DNA of 15,612 nucleotides from an uncultured bacterium (GTDB taxonomy: Bacteria; Hydrogenedentota; Hydrogenedentia; Hydrogenedentales; JAEUWI01), in NCBI GenBank assembly GCA_963977445.1, contig CAXBPH010000161.1, positions 1-15,612 of the forward strand. The letters run 5' to 3'. The notes under the pieces were generated by a model. That model did not search any database and had not been told where the DNA came from. It worked only from the letters and a program-made list of their open reading frames with translations. The position numbers and the translations under genes were made by a program. Numbering within the stretch: the first letter of the stretch is position 1; each line of letters begins with the position of its first letter. Positions 13,152 through 15,612 of the stretch are shown piece by piece.

Positions 13152-14400
13152 GGCGAAGGGCATCCACGGGGGTCAGGCGCGAGGCGCTCCAGGCAGGGTA
13201 CAGGGTGGAAAGAAAACTGAGTATGACCGCGCTCACGGTAATCCACAGCACGTCGTTGGGAACGATAGAGCTGGGAATGCTGTCGTAATAGTAGACGGTG
13301 CTGTTGAAGAGATCGATGCCCAGAACCCAGGCAATCGCTTCGGCAATCGGGTTGATGTAGTAGGCAAATACGGTGCCGAGGAGAACCCCGGTTATGGTGC
13401 CGCCCACCCCGATGAGCAGTCCCTCAATGATGAATATCCCCATGATGGAATAGGGGCTGACGCCGATGGTTCGCAGGATGCCGATGTCGTGCTTCTTCTC
13501 CATGACGATCATGATCAGCGTGCTCGTGATGTTAAAAGCGGCCACCAATATGATGAAGGCCAGGATAATAAACATGGCCACCTTCTCCTGCTCCAGGGCG
13601 CCAAAGAAGTCCTTCATATTCTCATACCAGGTTTCGGCGTAGAAGGGCAGGTCGGAGGCCTCAATCAATTCCTTTATTTTTTCTGCGTCATTCGGGTCTC
13701 TCAGTCGGCAGTGAATACGCTCTGCGCCTTCAAAGCCCGTGAGGATGCGCGCCGTGTCCAGATTGACGAAGGCATAGATCATGTCCCAGTCCGACATCTT
13801 TGCTTCCGAGATGCCGGATACGGTGAGGGCGAGTACGGAGCCGCCACGGGGCCCGAAGGGGCTTCGCTTTGAGGTGGCGGTGTGAATGAGTATGTCGTCG
13901 CCCACGGTGGCCCGCATGCGGCTCGCCAGGCGATAGCCCAGCACGATTTCCTTCTTGCCCGGCATGTGGCCCTTGCCGAAGGTGCGACCATCGTTGGTGG
14001 TCAGATTTTCATCGAGATTGGAGACGTTTGCTTCCAGTTCGGGATCGATGCCCAAGACGATGCCGCCCGTCGTGTTTCCATTACCCTCGAGCAAGGCCTC
14101 GGTCGTGGTGACGGGGGCCAGGGCAACGATTTCCGGGCTCAAGGCCTGAATTTGCGCCATGGCCTCTTCATAATTCGGGATGGGCCGTTCGAAGGGAAGG
14201 TGGACGGCGAGATGGGAGCGATTGCCGATGATGGTATCGCGCAGGGCCTTGTCGAAGCCGGTCATGACACTCATGACGACGATTAGGGCCATAACGCCCA
14301 CGCAGACGCCCGCCACCGAAATCACGGTAATAAGGGAGACGAATCGGTTTTTTCGCTTACCACGCAGATAGCGCAGGGCGACAAACAATTCAAAAGGCAC
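13144..14400 (-). CDS. lolC: Lipoprotein-releasing ABC transporter permease (LolC/E family)
   Basis: FELFVALRYLR...ISVAGVCVGVMALIVVMSVMTGF, LVAAFNITSTLIMIVMEKKHDIGILRTIG, LYPAWSASRLTPVDALRHE. GTG start with AGGAG upstream; coupled to lolD. LolC, LolE and LolF cannot be told apart by eye. Confidence 0.9.
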   Translation of the reverse strand: MPFELFVALRYLRGKRKNRFVSLITVISVAGVCVGVMALIVVMSVMTGFDKALRDTIIGNRSHLAVHLPFERPIPNYEEAMAQIQALSPEIVALAPVTTTEALLEGNGNTTGGIVLGIDPELEANVSNLDENLTTNDGRTFGKGHMPGKKEIVLGYRLASRMRATVGDDILIHTATSKRSPFGPRGGSVLALTVSGISEAKMSDWDMIYAFVNLDTARILTGFEGAERIHCRLRDPNDAEKIKELIEASDLPFYAETWYENMKDFFGALEQEKVAMFIILAFIILVAAFNITSTLIMIVMEKKHDIGILRTIGVSPYSIMGIFIIEGLLIGVGGTITGVLLGTVFAYYINPIAEAIAWVLGIDLFNSTVYYYDSIPSSIVPNDVLWITVSAVILSFLSTLYPAWSASRLTPVDALRHE

Positions 14401-14408
14401 GGGTTAGG

Positions 14409-14888
14409 TTACTCCTGTACGCCCGAAGATGCGGGCCCCACGATACGTCGAAATTCCAGCCGCTTCAGTCCAAAGTTCAGCATAAGCCCCCGGCGATAGC
14501 CGGTGGCCTTGAGGTGATTGATTAATTCCATGTCATCGGGCTTGTCGAGGGCTTCCACGACCTTCACCACAATGAGGATATCCTCGCAACAGACAAAATC
14601 TGCCGTATATCCGGAATCCAGATCGTGGCCCCGATAATGCACGGTAATGGGAATGTCGCGGCCATAGGGGATGTTGCGCTCGTCACATTCTATAGCGAGG
14701 GCATCGCGATAGATGCCGACCACATAGCCGTGACCCAACTCGTTGTATACGGCCATGGCCGCTGCAACCACATCTCTAATTTCTGTGTCCGCTTCGGCCA
14801 GCTGCGCCAGGATGCCTTCATCCGACTTGGAGGAACCCAGAACCTTTCCCAACAGGGCACCCCAATCAAAATTATTGGGCGATGTCAT
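14409..14888 (-). CDS. GxxExxY-family (PD-(D/E)XK-like) protein with degenerate signature
   Basis: AMAVYNELGHGYVVGIYRDALAIE...IPITVHYRG...GYTADFVC...LINHLKATGYRRGLMLNFG follows the family outline. Start placed at ATG 14888 with GAGGAG at 14898-14903. Confidence 0.82.
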   Translation of the reverse strand: MTSPNNFDWGALLGKVLGSSKSDEGILAQLAEADTEIRDVVAAAMAVYNELGHGYVVGIYRDALAIECDERNIPYGRDIPITVHYRGHDLDSGYTADFVCCEDILIVVKVVEALDKPDDMELINHLKATGYRRGLMLNFGLKRLEFRRIVGPASSGVQE

Positions 14889-14923
14889 GGGGCAAATCTC
14901 CTCGTCGTTCAGACCCTGTGCGG

Positions 14924-14949
14924 GCACCCTGAAATGAATTCCAGGGTGC
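14924..14949. other. Intergenic stem-loop downstream of lysS
   Basis: GCACCCTG-AAATGAATTC-CAGGGTGC inverted repeat. No U-tract follows it on either strand. Confidence 0.55.
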
Positions 14950-14961
14950 ACCGAAAAATTC

Positions 14962-15612
14962 CTACAGGCTCCGCAATTGGGGAAACATGATAACTTCCCG
15001 AATGGATGCGGAATCCGTCACGATCATGGCGAGGCGGTCAATGCCGATACCGAGCCCGGCGGTGGGGGGCATACCCACTTCCAGGGCGGCGATAAAGTCT
15101 TCATCGAGAAACTGGGCTTCGTCATCGCCCGCTTCCCGGAGGGAAACCTGGCTTTCAAAGCGCTCCCGCTGGTCGATGGGGTCATTAAGCTCCGAAAAGG
15201 CATTGCCCACTTCCAGACAGGCGATGAAGGGCTGGAAACGCTCCGTGAGGGCTTCGTTATCCCGCTTCTTCTTCGCGAGGGGCGACAATTCGAGGGGATA
15301 GTCATAGAGGAAGGTCGGCTGCACCAGATGGGGCTGCACCTTCTGCGACATAACTTCATCCACAATCTTGCCGTAGCCCATGGAGGGATCCACATCCACA
15401 CCGACCGACTTCGCGAGAGTGGCGGCTTCATCCCGGTCGCGGGTAGCTTCCAGGTCGATGCCGGCATATTCACGAATCGCATCGTGGAGGGTCATACGCT
15501 TCCAGGGGCGCTTCACGTCAATGGTATTGCCCTGGTATTCAAATGTCGAGCCGCCCACCACGTTTTCAATGATGTAGGTGAGCATTTCTTCCGTCTCTTC
15601 CATTAAGCCCAT
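14962..15612 (-). CDS. lysS: Lysine--tRNA ligase (class II), C-terminal part; 5' end outside the window
   Basis: LVQPTFLYDYPLELSPLAK, TERF, EVGNAFSELNDPIDQRERF, DEDFIAALEVGMPPTAGLGIGIDRLAM, SIREVIMFPQLR. Confidence 0.97.
   Translation of the reverse strand: MGLMEETEEMLTYIIENVVGGSTFEYQGNTIDVKRPWKRMTLHDAIREYAGIDLEATRDRDEAATLAKSVGVDVDPSMGYGKIVDEVMSQKVQPHLVQPTFLYDYPLELSPLAKKKRDNEALTERFQPFIACLEVGNAFSELNDPIDQRERFESQVSLREAGDDEAQFLDEDFIAALEVGMPPTAGLGIGIDRLAMIVTDSASIREVIMFPQLRSL

Noticed and set aside
14977..15606. 209-aa plus-strand ORF and similar ORFs opposite lolC/E and lolD
   Set aside because: Antisense shadows of clearly identified housekeeping genes.

Overview
A GC-rich bacterial chromosomal window. 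The gene content (a DUF1559 prepilin-type protein and a PSD1/planctomycete-cytochrome + DUF1501 pair) points to a PVC-like or Candidatus Hydrogenedentes-like organism; this is an inference from recognised motifs, not a database result. The left ~12.3 kb is an accessory-looking block. It starts with a LacI-family regulator divergent from a prepilin-type/DUF1559 gene. Then come a secreted purple-acid-phosphatase-like metallophosphoesterase, a TPR protein, a DUF1549/DUF1553 cytochrome-c-domain protein, a Tat-exported DUF1501 protein, a REP-like palindrome cluster, a degenerate SAM-methyltransferase-like gene and a sugar-phosphate isomerase/epimerase TIM barrel. An 85-bp direct repeat brackets this block (40-124 and 12308-12392, 79/85 identical). 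The right ~3.2 kb is a minus-strand housekeeping run: lysS (partial), a catalytically degenerate GxxExxY-like gene, lolC/E and lolD. The most notable observations are the bracketing repeat, a dense ACTTGA/TCAAGT operator-like array with a possibly structured leader ahead of the pilin-like gene, two probable pseudoenzymes, and a carbohydrate-binding-like insert in the PSD1 protein. No CRISPR array, tRNA/rRNA, integrase or transposase was seen.
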